From NCBI GenBank assembly GCA_965223845.1, contig CBDCXR010000004.1, positions 2,432,001 through 2,496,000 on the forward strand: a stretch of DNA of 64,000 bases. The letters are read 5' to 3'. Positions 1 to 9,705 of the stretch are shown here, in pieces. The first letter of the stretch is position 1; the number at the start of each line of letters is the position of its first letter. The position numbers and the translations under genes are program-made. Below the pieces are notes generated by a model that saw nothing but the letters and a program-made list of their open reading frames with translations, did not search any database and was not told the origin of the DNA. The DNA is from Planctomycetota bacterium (GTDB lineage Bacteria > Planctomycetota > UBA8108 > SXIK01).

Positions 1-3000
1 GAGATAGGCGAAAGCGGCGGCGGTGCCGGCGAGCTCGTCCGGCGCGGAGAGCTCCACCGCGTGGACGGGCGCCGGGACCCCCGGAAGGTCGAGCGGCGAC
101 GCGAAGACGACCCAATAGCGGATGGAGGTGTTGTGCCGGAACGCCGAGTAGACGAGCCGCCAGTAGTCCGTCACGAACCGTCGCTGGCCCGCGACGCTGA
201 ACTCGCCCCACTCGACGCTCGCGGGTCCCGTCTTGGCGGTGTTTTCGGGCGGCAGAAACCGTTCCTCGAGTGCGAGGCGCGCGCCGCCCTCGAGTAGAGC
301 GCTCACCGTCCAGCGCGGCAGAGACGAGACGTCGCACGCCGCGAACGACGCGACGGCGATGTCGTCGATCCAGCCGACGACGAGCTCCTCTCCGGCCGGG
401 GGAAGAAGAGTCGGGCCGTCGAGAATCACGGTGGGATCGATCGGCTCGGCGCCCCGACCGCGCAGCTCTCTCGGGAGCCTCAGCTCAACGCGGAGGATGT
501 CCCCGCTCGCCGTCTCGAACTCCTCCTCGTAGCCGAACACGAAGCTCGCGTCGCTCCCGTCCCCCGGGATCCGCGTCACGCGAATCCTTCCCGGACCGAG
601 AGAAGCAGCGAGTGCGCGCTCGGGGCCGAACCGAACTTCCTCGATGAGCCGCGCATCGAAGGTGTCCGCGGACGTCGGGAGATCGAACGTGCCGGCCGCC
701 AGTCGAATCTGCCCCTTCCGCTCGTACTCTTCGCGCGGACCGCGCACGTCGCTCGCGAGTCGAAACGCGCCGCAGACGACCGTTTCCCTCGGAATTTCGA
801 GGGCGAACGTCGGCGCGGGCGGAGCCGGAAGGACGTGGAGAAACGGGCGCACCTGCTTGAGCGCGATCGTTCCGTCCGCGACGATCTTGAACTCGAAGTC
901 GAGCAGGACCCGCTCGCGCGGGTGCGCGCCGAGCTCGACGGGGAACGCCGCGTCGACGTGAGCCATCAGCGCACCGAGATCGCGGAGCTCGTCGTCGGAA
1001 AGCACCCAAGTCCCTGCGGGAACCAGCGACGACCCCCGCGCCGGCCTCACGATACGGGCGACGGTTCCGTCGCGCATCTCGAGGAGATCACGTTCGGCCA
1101 CGATTCCCGGGCGCGGGCTGACGACGCTCTCTTCGCCCACCTGAACCGTGACGACGTAGCGTCGATCGCGCGGATTCGCGGTGTTTCCGGTGAAGGCGAC
1201 TCCATTCGCTCGCTCGCCGTCGAACGCGATCGACACGAGAACGCCCATCGCGGCCTTCGCTTGATCGATGCCGAAAAACTCGCGCTCTTCGTACGCGCGG
1301 AACGTCCAGAGGCTCGTCCAGACGATCTTGAGTGCGTCGGCGATGTTTCGCTCGTCTCTCTCGGCGGCGTCACAAGCGGACGGCCCGTCCTCGTCCGGGT
1401 CGAGATCGTCGGCCGCGCACGCGCCCGTCGACTCGTAGAGTCCCGCACCGCTAAACTCGAGAAGGTCTTCGACGTTCGACGACGAACGGCAGCGCACTCC
1501 GAGCCGCGTCGAGCCGAATTCGTCCGCGACCTTGAGTGCGATTCGCGTCACGAGCCCACTCGACACCACGCCCCGTTCGCGCGCGTAGTCGCGGAAATAA
1601 GCCAGCCGGTCGAAGCGCTCGGACGGGTCCGTCGCGAAAGAATCGAGCGCCATCAGCTCGGAGAGATACTCTGCGTACGAGACGATACGCTCAGCATCGA
1701 GCGCCGATGGGATCTCGTTCGTGCGCATGAACTCGGAGTACTCGCGAACGGGCACCGCGAATCCGCGTGGCGCGAGATCTGCGTGAGGGCCTCCGGCGAG
1801 AGCCGAACGCAGCCGAGCGAGATTCGAGGCCTTACCGCCGTAGCGGCTCTCGGGGGAGACCTCGCCCGCCGCATCCAGGGCGGCGATCTCATCGAGCGTC
1901 GCGAGCGAGCTCGTCGTCTCGTCCGGAGCCGCGAAGTCAGGGACCTCCGGGCGCGTTTCACGCCAGAACTCTTCGGCCTCCTCGACCGTCGCGAGCCGAA
2001 CCTCGTAACCGTCGCCGTGAACTTCAAGTCGCACCAGCTCGCCGGAAAACGCCTCGAACGCTTCGTGGGCTTCGGCCACGAACGCGTTCGGGGTACCGCG
2101 GCGCGCCGTCCTCACCGCGACGTGGCTGAGCTGACCTTGCGGCTCGCCGGTAATCACGCCTCCGACGACTCCTTCGATGTCCTGGGGAGCGTGATCGAGA
2201 ACGATCAGATTCTGAAAGCTGATGATCCCGCGGTCGTTCGCCGTGGCGAACGCCTCCGCGTCGAGGATGCGAACGCGACCGTAGCCGACGGCTAAGGTGT
2301 AGGCCTCGTAGTCGGCGCCATCGGCCGACTGGGACGCGAAGATCGGAAAGGGCGGGTCATTCCAGCTTCGAGCTGCGGCGTCTTCAGCGGCGGTGAGGGG
2401 CAGGTATCCGAGCGGTCCTAGCCCGAAACGCTCCAAAAGAAGCGAATACACCCACTCGGCCTCGATCGCATTCGCCGGCTCGCTTCCCGCGAGGCTGAAC
2501 CCGTAGCCGACTTCGGTGCCGCCGTCGCCCGTCGGAACGCGGAGCCGGCTGATGCTGCCGGCGAAGTACGCTCGCGTGCCGCGTTCGAGAGCGAGCCGTG
2601 AGTACTCGAGTGCGGTGAGACCCGGAAAACGGTCGGGGAAGACGGCGGCGAGAAACTGCTGGTGGAGGGGAAACCGAACCGAGTTTTGAAAGACGGGCGG
2701 GAGCAGATCGGGGTCCTCCGTCGCGGGGACGACGAACTTGAGGACGCGCTCGATCTCGCCCGCGCGAGAAACGGCCGAGAGACGCGCGAAGTCACGTCCG
2801 GTACAGATGCGCTCGAGGTGCGTCGCGGGAAACGCCCGGCTCACCGACTGATTGAGCAAGTACGTCACCGTGAGCGAGCTGCGGTCGGCCGTCGCGACGT
2901 CGACATCGCCATCGGCGTCGAGGTCGACGACCTCGGCACCGAGGGGCTGCTGTCCCACGAAGTGTTCGTGTGGTGGAGAAAATGTCCCGTCGCCATTCCC

Positions 3001-5091
3001 GATGAACGTCCCGACGGAGCTGGATTCGCGGTTGTCGCTCAAAAAGTCGACTCGACCGTCCAGATTGAAGTCGCCGATCTCGATGGTGTACGTCGAAAAC
3101 TCGACGTCGATCACTTCCGGCGCAGAGAATCGACCTCCACCGGCGTTGAGCGACACGGTAACGCGCCGGTCGTTCGCCGTCGCGAGGTCCAGACGACCGT
3201 CGCCGTCGAAGTCACCGAATCCAACTCCGAGCACCGGGCCCGGGAGGGTGTGGGTCCTCACTTGAGGGAACTCCGCCGAGCCGTCGTTCTCGAGCAAATT
3301 CACCACAGCGAGCGCGAGATTCGCGACGGCGAGATCGAGATCGCCGTCGCCGTCGAAATCTCCCGCGTCGATCGTCACGGGCTCCCCGCCGAGAGGAACG
3401 AGACGTCGCGTATCGAGGATTCCGCTCCCGTCGTTGAGGAGAAGCGCGACTCCGCCGCCGCCCCGAAGCGTCGCGGCGACATCGATGTCGGAGTCTCCGT
3501 CCAAGTCGCCTATGGTCATCGTCCAGGGACGGACGCCAAGGGCGTACGGTCGAGAGAGAGTGAGCTGGCCGGACCCGTCGTTTTCGTACGCGAAGAGTCG
3601 ACCGCCGTCCTGGTCGAGGACGATCAGGTCGAGGTCACGGTCGCCATCGAGGTCCGGCGCCTCGACATCGTTGAAGTGACCGACATTCGCTTGGTTGTGC
3701 TCGTCTCGATCGGCGAACTCGCCGCCGCCGAGATTTCGAAACACGGTGAACGAGTCGAAATGACCGTTCGCGGTGATCACCTCCGGGAGCCCGTCGCCGG
3801 TGAGATCTCCGGCTCCGATGCCGTGGGGGCGGTCATCGACGAACAAGGACCGCGTCCGGAACGCAACCCGGGACAGCGACGGCTCTGCGTTCCACAGAAT
3901 CTCCGCGTGCTCGAGTCCGAGCGCGATCGCTGCGAGATCGACGTCACCGTCGCCGTCGAAGTCTCCCGGCGCGAGGACCGAGCGACGAAATCCGGAAACG
4001 AGCGGATCTCTTGGCGCGAATACGCCCGCGCCGAGGTTTCCGAGAACGACGACATCGTTCGCCTCGAAGTCGCCGTAGACGATGTCGAGCGCGCCGTCCT
4101 CGTCGATGTCGAACACGGCGAGAGACTCGGGGCGACACGGGTAAACGTCCGGCTCGCGGAACGAGCCATCGCCCGCGCTCAACCAGACGACGATCGCGTC
4201 GGCGCTTCCGAGCACGACATCCGCCGCCCCGTCCCCGCTCACGTCGACGAGCTCGATGGCAAACGGATTCGTCGTCTCCACGGCGAGCGAGTCGCGCGCG
4301 ACGAGCCGCGCCGCGCCGGCGCTCTCGGGCCCGGCGTTCTCGAAGATGGAAACATCGCCCGATCGTCGATTCGCGGTCGCGAGATCGAGATCGCCATCGC
4401 GATCGAAATCTCCGGCGGCAACCGCCTGGGGCGAGTCGCCTGCACTCCAGCTGAGCGGCGCGCCGAACTCACCGGCTTCGGTTTGCTCGGCGACCAGAAC
4501 TGCGTCGCTCGAGGTCGAGGTCGCGAGAAGATCGACGCGGCCGTCTCCGCTGACATCCGCCGCGGCCACGAAACGGGTGCCGTTCGGGACGACGACTTCG
4601 ACCGGCCGAGAGAATCGGCGGCCGCCCTCGTTGTACGAGATCTGGAGTCGGTCGGAGACCGCGGTGGCGAGATCAACGTCCCCGTCGCCATCGAGATCGA
4701 CGGCGACGGCGGCCCGCGGCGATCCGGGGACGGCGACGATCGTGCCCGGTTCGAACGCCTGACCTGCGCTGAAGAAGACCGCGATTCGACCGGCACGCTC
4801 GACCGTCGCGAAATCGTCGAGACCGTCTCCGTCAAAATCCGCGGCGACGATGTCTCGCGGTGATTCGGCGAGCGCGATCGAATCCGTCCCGAGCGCGATC
4901 TCGAGCGGTGCCCGCTCACATTCGTCGGGGACGCCGTCTGCGTTACAGTCGACGGAGGCTCCCGCAGCGATGTCGTCGAGGTCCTCGCGGCCGTTACGAT
5001 TGCAGTCGAGGGCTCGCGCGCTGCTCGCGGAGACGAGCGCGAGCAGGATGAGGCCGGTGAATCGCCGCGTCGAAACTCGTCGCCAGCGCAA
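1..5091 (-). CDS. Large secreted FG-GAP repeat protein fused to PEP-utilising phospho-His swivel and PEP/pyruvate-binding (PPDK_N, ATP-grasp) domains; 3' end beyond the window edge
   Basis: Absent from the ORF track, apparently because no stop codon falls inside the window. Reading the minus frame gives a TTG start at 5091, a signal-like 'FTGLILLALVSASSARA', 'DCNRNG..DCNADGVPDECE', many 'DLDGDGDxDL' repeats, 'GQLSHVAVRTARRGTPN' (His codon 2122-2124), 'RFRSSSNVED..FSGAGLYES', 'LKQVRP' and 'DYWRLVYSAFRHN'. The long + ORFs 61-297, 835-2295 and 2662-4863 are its antisense shadows in the same frame. Confidence 0.85.
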   Translation of the reverse strand, partial: MRWRRVSTRRFTGLILLALVSASSARALDCNRNGREDLDDIAAGASVDCNADGVPDECERAPLEIALGTDSIALAESPRDIVAADFDGDGLDDFATVERAGRIAVFFSAGQAFEPGTIVAVPGSPRAAVAVDLDGDGDVDLATAVSDRLQISYNEGGRRFSRPVEVVVPNGTRFVAAADVSGDGRVDLLATSTSSDAVLVAEQTEAGEFGAPLSWSAGDSPQAVAAGDFDRDGDLDLATANRRSGDVSIFENAGPESAGAARLVARDSLAVETTNPFAIELVDVSGDGAADVVLGSADAIVVWLSAGDGSFREPDVYPCRPESLAVFDIDEDGALDIVYGDFEANDVVVLGNLGAGVFAPRDPLVSGFRRSVLAPGDFDGDGDVDLAAIALGLEHAEILWNAEPSLSRVAFRTRSLFVDDRPHGIGAGDLTGDGLPEVITANGHFDSFTVFRNLGGGEFADRDEHNQANVGHFNDVEAPDLDGDRDLDLIVLDQDGGRLFAYENDGSGQLTLSRPYALGVRPWTMTIGDLDGDSDIDVAATLRGGGGVALLLNDGSGILDTRRLVPLGGEPVTIDAGDFDGDGDLDLAVANLALAVVNLLENDGSAEFPQVRTHTLPGPVLGVGFGDFDGDGRLDLATANDRRVTVSLNAGGGRFSAPEVIDVEFSTYTIEIGDFNLDGRVDFLSDNRESSSVGTFIGNGDGTFSPPHEHFVGQQPLGAEVVDLDADGDVDVATADRSSLTVTYLLNQSVSRAFPATHLERICTGRDFARLSAVSRAGEIERVLKFVVPATEDPDLLPPVFQNSVRFPLHQQFLAAVFPDRFPGLTALEYSRLALERGTRAYFAGSISRLRVPTGDGGTEVGYGFSLAGSEPANAIEAEWVYSLLLERFGLGPLGYLPLTAAEDAAARSWNDPPFPIFASQSADGADYEAYTLAVGYGRVRILDAEAFATANDRGIISFQNLIVLDHAPQDIEGVVGGVITGEPQGQLSHVAVRTARRGTPNAFVAEAHEAFEAFSGELVRLEVHGDGYEVRLATVEEAEEFWRETRPEVPDFAAPDETTSSLATLDEIAALDAAGEVSPESRYGGKASNLARLRSALAGGPHADLAPRGFAVPVREYSEFMRTNEIPSALDAERIVSYAEYLSELMALDSFATDPSERFDRLAYFRDYARERGVVSSGLVTRIALKVADEFGSTRLGVRCRSSSNVEDLLEFSGAGLYESTGACAADDLDPDEDGPSACDAAERDERNIADALKIVWTSLWTFRAYEEREFFGIDQAKAAMGVLVSIAFDGERANGVAFTGNTANPRDRRYVVTVQVGEESVVSPRPGIVAERDLLEMRDGTVARIVRPARGSSLVPAGTWVLSDDELRDLGALMAHVDAAFPVELGAHPRERVLLDFEFKIVADGTIALKQVRPFLHVLPAPPAPTFALEIPRETVVCGAFRLASDVRGPREEYERKGQIRLAAGTFDLPTSADTFDARLIEEVRFGPERALAASLGPGRIRVTRIPGDGSDASFVFGYEEEFETASGDILRVELRLPRELRGRGAEPIDPTVILDGPTLLPPAGEELVVGWIDDIAVASFAACDVSSLPRWTVSALLEGGARLALEERFLPPENTAKTGPASVEWGEFSVAGQRRFVTDYWRLVYSAFRHNTSIRYWVVFASPLDLPGVPAPVHAVELSAPDELAGTAAAFAYL

Positions 5092-5157
5092 GAGCCTTAC
5101 CCCCTCTCTGCAGAGATTCTCGCGTGCCGAAGGCGCTCGAGCGTCGCGAGGTTCATC

Positions 5158-6747
5158 CTACCGCTGCGCGGCGCCAGCTCGGGCGCCCCCGAGACCAGCA
5201 CGCTTCTTCGAAGATCCACGCTTCACCTTCTCGCGGGGCGAGTTCTCCGCGTCCCGTGCGGGCAGCCAGCGCCCCAAGCGCGCCTTCACCAGGGCGAGAT
5301 CCTCCCTCTCGGCGACGTTCCGCCACTCACCCGGGTCGCCGTCGTGATCGTAGAGTTCTTCCGAGCCGTCGGCGTAACGAATGTACCGCCACCGCTCCGA
5401 TCGAACCGCATGGTTCCCGCGACCGTGAGTCGTCACGACGGGCCGATCCCACTTCGCTTCGACGTTTCGAAGAAGCGGAACCAGGCTCCGCCCTTCGAGC
5501 TCGACGAGCGGGGCGATGCCCGCGAGGTCGAGGAGCGTCGGATAGAGATCGAGCAAGCTCACCGTTCGAGCGCAGCGCGTTCCGGCCGTCGTCACGCCGG
5601 GTGCAGCCACGATGAGCGGAACCCGAGTCGCCTCTTCCCACAGCGCGAATTTGCGCCAGTGCTCTTTTTCGCCGAGGTGCCAGCCGTGATCGCCCCAAAG
5701 AACGATGATCGTGTTCTTTCCGTACTCACTCGCGTCGAGCGCAGCGAGGAGTCGCCCCACCATGGCGTCGGCGAATGCGACGCTCGCCAGGTATCCCGAG
5801 ACCGCGCGGCGCCAGTTGTTCGTCTGCGTGACGCGCCGATGGTCTCCTCGGGGTCTCGCCATCTTCCGCCCGGCGGCAGGGACGTCCTCGAGGTCGTCTT
5901 CGGGGACGCGCGGCAGGGTGACCGTCTCCGGCGGGTGGGCGGCGAAGTACTTCTCGGGAACGTACCACGGAAGGTGCGGGCGGTAGAGTCCAACCGCGAG
6001 AAAGAACGGTGCGTCGTGCTTCTTCCGGAGGAACGTCTCCGCCCAGTCCACGACCTTCGCATCCCCCATCGCGCCGTCGGAAACCGCGACCGGCCCCCAG
6101 TCGAAGTGCGCGGCGTTCTTGATGCCGTTGAGCGGTCGACCTGACGGGACGGGATCTCTCGGGCGGGGAAAGCGCGCGGACCACGATTCTGCGTGGGGGT
6201 AGGCGCCGTGGTAGATCTTCCCGCCGCTTTCGGCGACGTATCCCGCCTTTGCGAAGTGCTGAGGGAGCGTGAGGGCAGAGCGAAGTCGCGGCGATTGACG
6301 CCATGGCTGATTGTTGTGGTAGACACCCGAGGTGGAGGGACGGACTCCCGTCATGAGGCTCGCGCGCGAGGGATTGCACGCGGGCGCGCTGCAGTACGCC
6401 CGTGTGAAAAGGACGCCGCGGGCAGCGAGACGGTCGATGTTCGGCGTCCGGCACTGAGGATGGCCGCCGAGACTGCTCACCCAGTCGTTCAGGTCGTCGA
6501 CCGCGATGAAGAGGACGTTCTTCGGCCGTTCGGAATCGTCTCCGGCGTCCGCGCGCGCCTCGGTGACAATTCCGGTCGAAGAGACGATCACCGCGGCGAC
6601 GATCGCAAGGAACTCGAAATTCGGCACGAAGACGCTCCGTTCGGGATCCAAAGGGGTTTCACCAACGTCGGCGGCCATCCTGCGCCGAAGCGGCGGGACG
6701 AACTCGGCCTTCGCTCCGGTCGAACCGTCCGAGTACACTGCCGGCAA
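5158..6747 (-). CDS. Sulfatase (iduronate/choline-sulfatase-like)
   Basis: 'NVLFIAVDDLND', formylglycine motif 'CNPSRASLMTG', 'GKIYH', 'RPHLP', 'WGDHGWHLGEK'. True start is probably downstream (~6678 or ~6627), before a signal peptide. Confidence 0.92.
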   Translation of the reverse strand: MPAVYSDGSTGAKAEFVPPLRRRMAADVGETPLDPERSVFVPNFEFLAIVAAVIVSSTGIVTEARADAGDDSERPKNVLFIAVDDLNDWVSSLGGHPQCRTPNIDRLAARGVLFTRAYCSAPACNPSRASLMTGVRPSTSGVYHNNQPWRQSPRLRSALTLPQHFAKAGYVAESGGKIYHGAYPHAESWSARFPRPRDPVPSGRPLNGIKNAAHFDWGPVAVSDGAMGDAKVVDWAETFLRKKHDAPFFLAVGLYRPHLPWYVPEKYFAAHPPETVTLPRVPEDDLEDVPAAGRKMARPRGDHRRVTQTNNWRRAVSGYLASVAFADAMVGRLLAALDASEYGKNTIIVLWGDHGWHLGEKEHWRKFALWEEATRVPLIVAAPGVTTAGTRCARTVSLLDLYPTLLDLAGIAPLVELEGRSLVPLLRNVEAKWDRPVVTTHGRGNHAVRSERWRYIRYADGSEELYDHDGDPGEWRNVAEREDLALVKARLGRWLPARDAENSPREKVKRGSSKKRAGLGGARAGAAQR

Positions 6748-6796
6748 CGAGGTCTTCCGCTTGCTCTAGCCCCCATTCTCTCGAGGAGTCCACTTC

Positions 6797-8059
6797 GTGT
6801 CGATTGCGAACTCACTTTTGCGACCACCTCTCGTCGCCGCTCTCGTTCTTTTCGTCGTGCCCGCCCTCAGCGCCGGCGACTGGCCCCAGTTCCGCGGCCC
6901 CGGCGGCCTCGGCGCATCGAACGTCAAAGGCATCCCCACGAAATGGAGCCCGACCGAGAACGTCGCCTGGAAAACTCCGCTGCCCGGCCAAGGTGCATCG
7001 AGCCCGATCGCGCTCGGTGAGAGGCTCTACCTTACGTGCTACAGCGGCTACGGCAGCTATCCGGCGAACTTCGGAGAGATGGAGGCCCTCACGCTCCACG
7101 TCGTCTGCGTCGACGCGAAGAACGGCAGGATCGTCTGGGAGAAAAAGCTGAAGCCGGCGCTCCCCGAATCGAAGCGCGTTCGCGATCACGGCTACGCCGC
7201 TCCGACGCCGGCCACGGACGGCGAACACCTCTACGTGTTCTTCGGAAAGAGCGGAGTCTACAAGTTCGACCTCAACGGTAACGAGAAGTGGCGGGCAGGC
7301 GTCGGCTCGAAGACCCACGGCTGGGGCTGCGGCACGTCGCCCGTCCTCTTCGATGATCTCGTCATCGTCAACGCGAGCGTCGAGAGCGGGTCTCTCGTCG
7401 CGATCCACAAGAAGACGGGAAAGGAGGCCTGGAGCCGCGGCGGCATGAGATCGTCGTGGAACACGCCCCACCTCGTGCGGCTCGCGAACGGGAAGACCGA
7501 GCTCGTCGTGAGCGTGAAAGACAAGATTCTCGCGTTCGATCCCAAGTCGGGCGACCCGCTCTGGGAGTGCGATGGAATCGAGGACTACGTCTGTCCGAGC
7601 ATCATCTCGCACGAGGGTGTCGTCTACGCCGTCGGCGGCCGTTCGTCGCGCGCGATCGCCGTGCGGGCAGGCGGTCGCGGCGACGTGACGGACAGCCACC
7701 TACTCTGGAACGCGGGGGCCGGCGCGAACGTGTCGTCGCCGGTGATCCACGAAGGTCACCTCTACGGTGTGAGCGATCGCAATCGGACGGCGTACTGCAT
7801 CGATCTCAAGACGGGCGATGTGGTCTTCAAGGAACGCTTCCCGGGGCAACCGTACGCCTCGGCGCTCCTCGTCGACGGAAAGGTCTACGTGGTGACGCGC
7901 CACAGCGGAACCTTCGTTCTACCGGCGAAGCCGAAGCACGAGATCCTCAGCCAGAACGATCTCGATGACGGGAGCACCTTCAACGCGTCGCCGATCGTCG
8001 CCCACGGGCGACTGTACCTTCGGAGCGACAAGTTCCTCTACGCGATCGGAGGGAAGTAG
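6797..8059 (+). CDS. Secreted PQQ-binding-like (BamB-like) beta-propeller protein
   Basis: Signal peptide then 'DWPQFRGPGG', 'WKTPLPGQGASSPI', and C-terminal 'ASPIVAHGRLYLRS', the typical planctomycete propeller pattern. Confidence 0.88.
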   Translation: MSIANSLLRPPLVAALVLFVVPALSAGDWPQFRGPGGLGASNVKGIPTKWSPTENVAWKTPLPGQGASSPIALGERLYLTCYSGYGSYPANFGEMEALTLHVVCVDAKNGRIVWEKKLKPALPESKRVRDHGYAAPTPATDGEHLYVFFGKSGVYKFDLNGNEKWRAGVGSKTHGWGCGTSPVLFDDLVIVNASVESGSLVAIHKKTGKEAWSRGGMRSSWNTPHLVRLANGKTELVVSVKDKILAFDPKSGDPLWECDGIEDYVCPSIISHEGVVYAVGGRSSRAIAVRAGGRGDVTDSHLLWNAGAGANVSSPVIHEGHLYGVSDRNRTAYCIDLKTGDVVFKERFPGQPYASALLVDGKVYVVTRHSGTFVLPAKPKHEILSQNDLDDGSTFNASPIVAHGRLYLRSDKFLYAIGGK

Positions 8060-8200
8060 GGCGCCTTCCGCCACCTCGCGACGGTAGTCCGCGGTCTACG
8101 GACAGGGTCTAAACCCTCATTCCGCAGCGCCTTAAAGCCGAGGAGCGAGCGCCCTCCGCGCGGGCCAAGTTGGAGGCGATGGCGATCTCGAACAAAATAC

Positions 8201-8229
8201 TTGACCGTACGGTCAAATAACCGTATCCT
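8201..8229 (+). promoter_or_regulatory. Sigma70-type promoter overlapped by a palindromic TetR operator
   Basis: TTGACC-N17-TATCCT (8201-8206 / 8224-8229). A perfect 16-bp palindrome TTGACCGTACGGTCAA (8201-8216) covers the -35 box upstream of the TetR gene. Confidence 0.75.
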
Positions 8230-8293
8230 TCCATAGTCAGCCGCTGCCCGGGCCTCCGGACCCAGCGGCGAAGCCGACCCAAGGAGCCTCACC

Positions 8294-8881
8294 GTGCCGC
8301 GCCACCGCGAATTCGACCTCGACGCCGCCCTCGACACCGCCATGGAGGAATTCTGGCGCTGTGGATACGAGGCGACGTCTCTCAGCGATCTGCTCGCGGC
8401 CATCGGCATCCACAAGGGAAGCCTGTATCAGGCTTTCGGCGACAAGCACTCGCTGTACGTCGCGGCGCTCGAGCGTTACCTAGCGCGGGCTCGAGCGGAG
8501 CTGAGCGATCGGCTGGAGCACGCCGAGACGGCGCGCGAAGGCTTGATCCTCTGGCTCCGGTCGGCCGCCGAGCGGTGCGCCTGCACCAACGCGAGGATGG
8601 GTTGTTTCGGCGTGAACGCGATCGTCGAGCTCGCCCCGCACGACGAGACCGTGCGGGAGATCGTCGCTCGGCATATCGCCTCGATCGAACGGATCGTCCA
8701 AGGGGCGATCTCGCGCGGGCGACGCAGCGGCGAAATCCGCTCGAACGCGCCGTCCCCCCGGCTCGCGAAGGTTCTCGTGAGCAGTGTCTTCGGCCTCTAC
8801 GTGCGCGCAAAGGCAGCGCCGTACAAAGCGCGCGAGGTCGAAGAGATCGTCGCCACAGTGTCAAAGGTTCTCGATGGCTGA
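8294..8881 (+). CDS. TetR/AcrR family regulator (NemR/ComR-like)
   Basis: 'MPRHREFD...FWRCGYEATSLSDLLAAIGIHKGSLYQAFGDK' HTH; 'GCFGVN' in the ligand domain. Confidence 0.92.
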   Translation: MPRHREFDLDAALDTAMEEFWRCGYEATSLSDLLAAIGIHKGSLYQAFGDKHSLYVAALERYLARARAELSDRLEHAETAREGLILWLRSAAERCACTNARMGCFGVNAIVELAPHDETVREIVARHIASIERIVQGAISRGRRSGEIRSNAPSPRLAKVLVSSVFGLYVRAKAAPYKAREVEEIVATVSKVLDG

Positions 8882-8916
8882 GGCAAGAACGGACGGATTT
8901 TTTATTTGGCACAAAA

Positions 8917-8932
8917 ATGACCGATCGGTCAT
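8917..8932. promoter_or_regulatory. Second TetR operator, upstream of thioredoxin
   Basis: Perfect palindrome ATGACCGATCGGTCAT sharing TGACCG-NN-CGGTCA with 8201-8216, in an AT-rich intergenic context. Confidence 0.75.
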
Positions 8933-8982
8933 CTATTTTACCCCACGAACCTCTCGGTTCGGCACTCCCGAAAGGACCTGAC

Positions 8983-9006
8983 ATGAAGCTCGCGAATTGT
9001 TGCTGA
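8983..9006 (+). other. Putative upstream mini-ORF MKLANCC, in frame with thioredoxin
   Basis: RBS-like GAAAGGA ~6 nt before ATG 8983; TGA at 9004-9006; 72 nt (in frame) to the thioredoxin ATG at 9055. Confidence 0.35.
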
Positions 9007-9054
9007 GACAGCTCTCCGGAAGAACAACTCCCCCGAATCGAAAGGAATCATTCG

Positions 9055-9405
9055 ATGAACTCGAACACCCGAAAGTTCACCCAGCGGAATTTCCAGTCCG
9101 AAGTCCTCGACCGAGGCGGCGTCGTTCTCGTCGACGCCTACGCCGACTGGTGCGGTCCCTGCCGCGCGCTCGCGCCGGTCATCGATGAGCTCGCAGACGA
9201 GTTCGCGGGCCGTGCCGAGGTCGGAAAGCTCGACGTAGACGAAGCACCGGAAACGGCGGCGACCTACGGGATCGCGTCGATCCCGACGGTGCTCGTATTC
9301 TCCGGCGGCGAGCTCGTGACACAGCTCACCGGACTCCGGCCGAAGTCGGAGTACGCCGCGGCGGTCGAAAGCGCCGAGGCGGCGCTCGCCCGGCGTGCTT
9401 CGTGA
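9055..9405 (+). CDS. trxA: Thioredoxin
   Basis: 'VLVDAYADWCGPCR', 'KLDVDE', 'YGIASIPT'; RBS GAAAGGA. Confidence 0.93.
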   Translation: MNSNTRKFTQRNFQSEVLDRGGVVLVDAYADWCGPCRALAPVIDELADEFAGRAEVGKLDVDEAPETAATYGIASIPTVLVFSGGELVTQLTGLRPKSEYAAAVESAEAALARRAS

Positions 9406-9422
9406 TGACGAACTCCGTTCAC

Positions 9423-9613
9423 TGACCCGAGTTTCTCACCAGATTCGGTGAGCGCAGCGGCGAGCCACCGTAGGTCGCGAACTGAGCATCGAATGTGTCG
9501 CCACCCTGACCCTCACTGTGCCAAAAGCACACGTCCGATCAGTGCGGCGCCACCTCCTTGTCAGTTCAAGACCTACGGTGGCGCAGTAGAATCTGGTGAG
9601 AAATCCGGGCTAA
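9423..9613. repeat. Nested inverted-repeat (MITE/REPIN-like) element, copy 1
   Basis: Outer IR TTTCTCACCAGATTC (9432-9446) / GAATCTGGTGAGAAA (9589-9603). Inner IR GCCACCGTAGGTC (9464-9476) / GACCTACGGTGGC (9570-9582). Homologous to 14862-15043. Confidence 0.8.
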
Positions 9614-9705
9614 TCCAAAAAAGGAAGCGGCGGCTCGCCGGTGGCCTCTTCGGCCGGACCGGCGAGCCGCCGCTCATCGAGCGAACGGGGTTCCGCAGTC
9701 GGCCC

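Noticed and set aside
835-4863. Long + strand ORFs 835-2295 and 2662-4863
   Set aside because: They are antisense shadows of the minus-strand FG-GAP/dikinase gene, with no motifs of their own.
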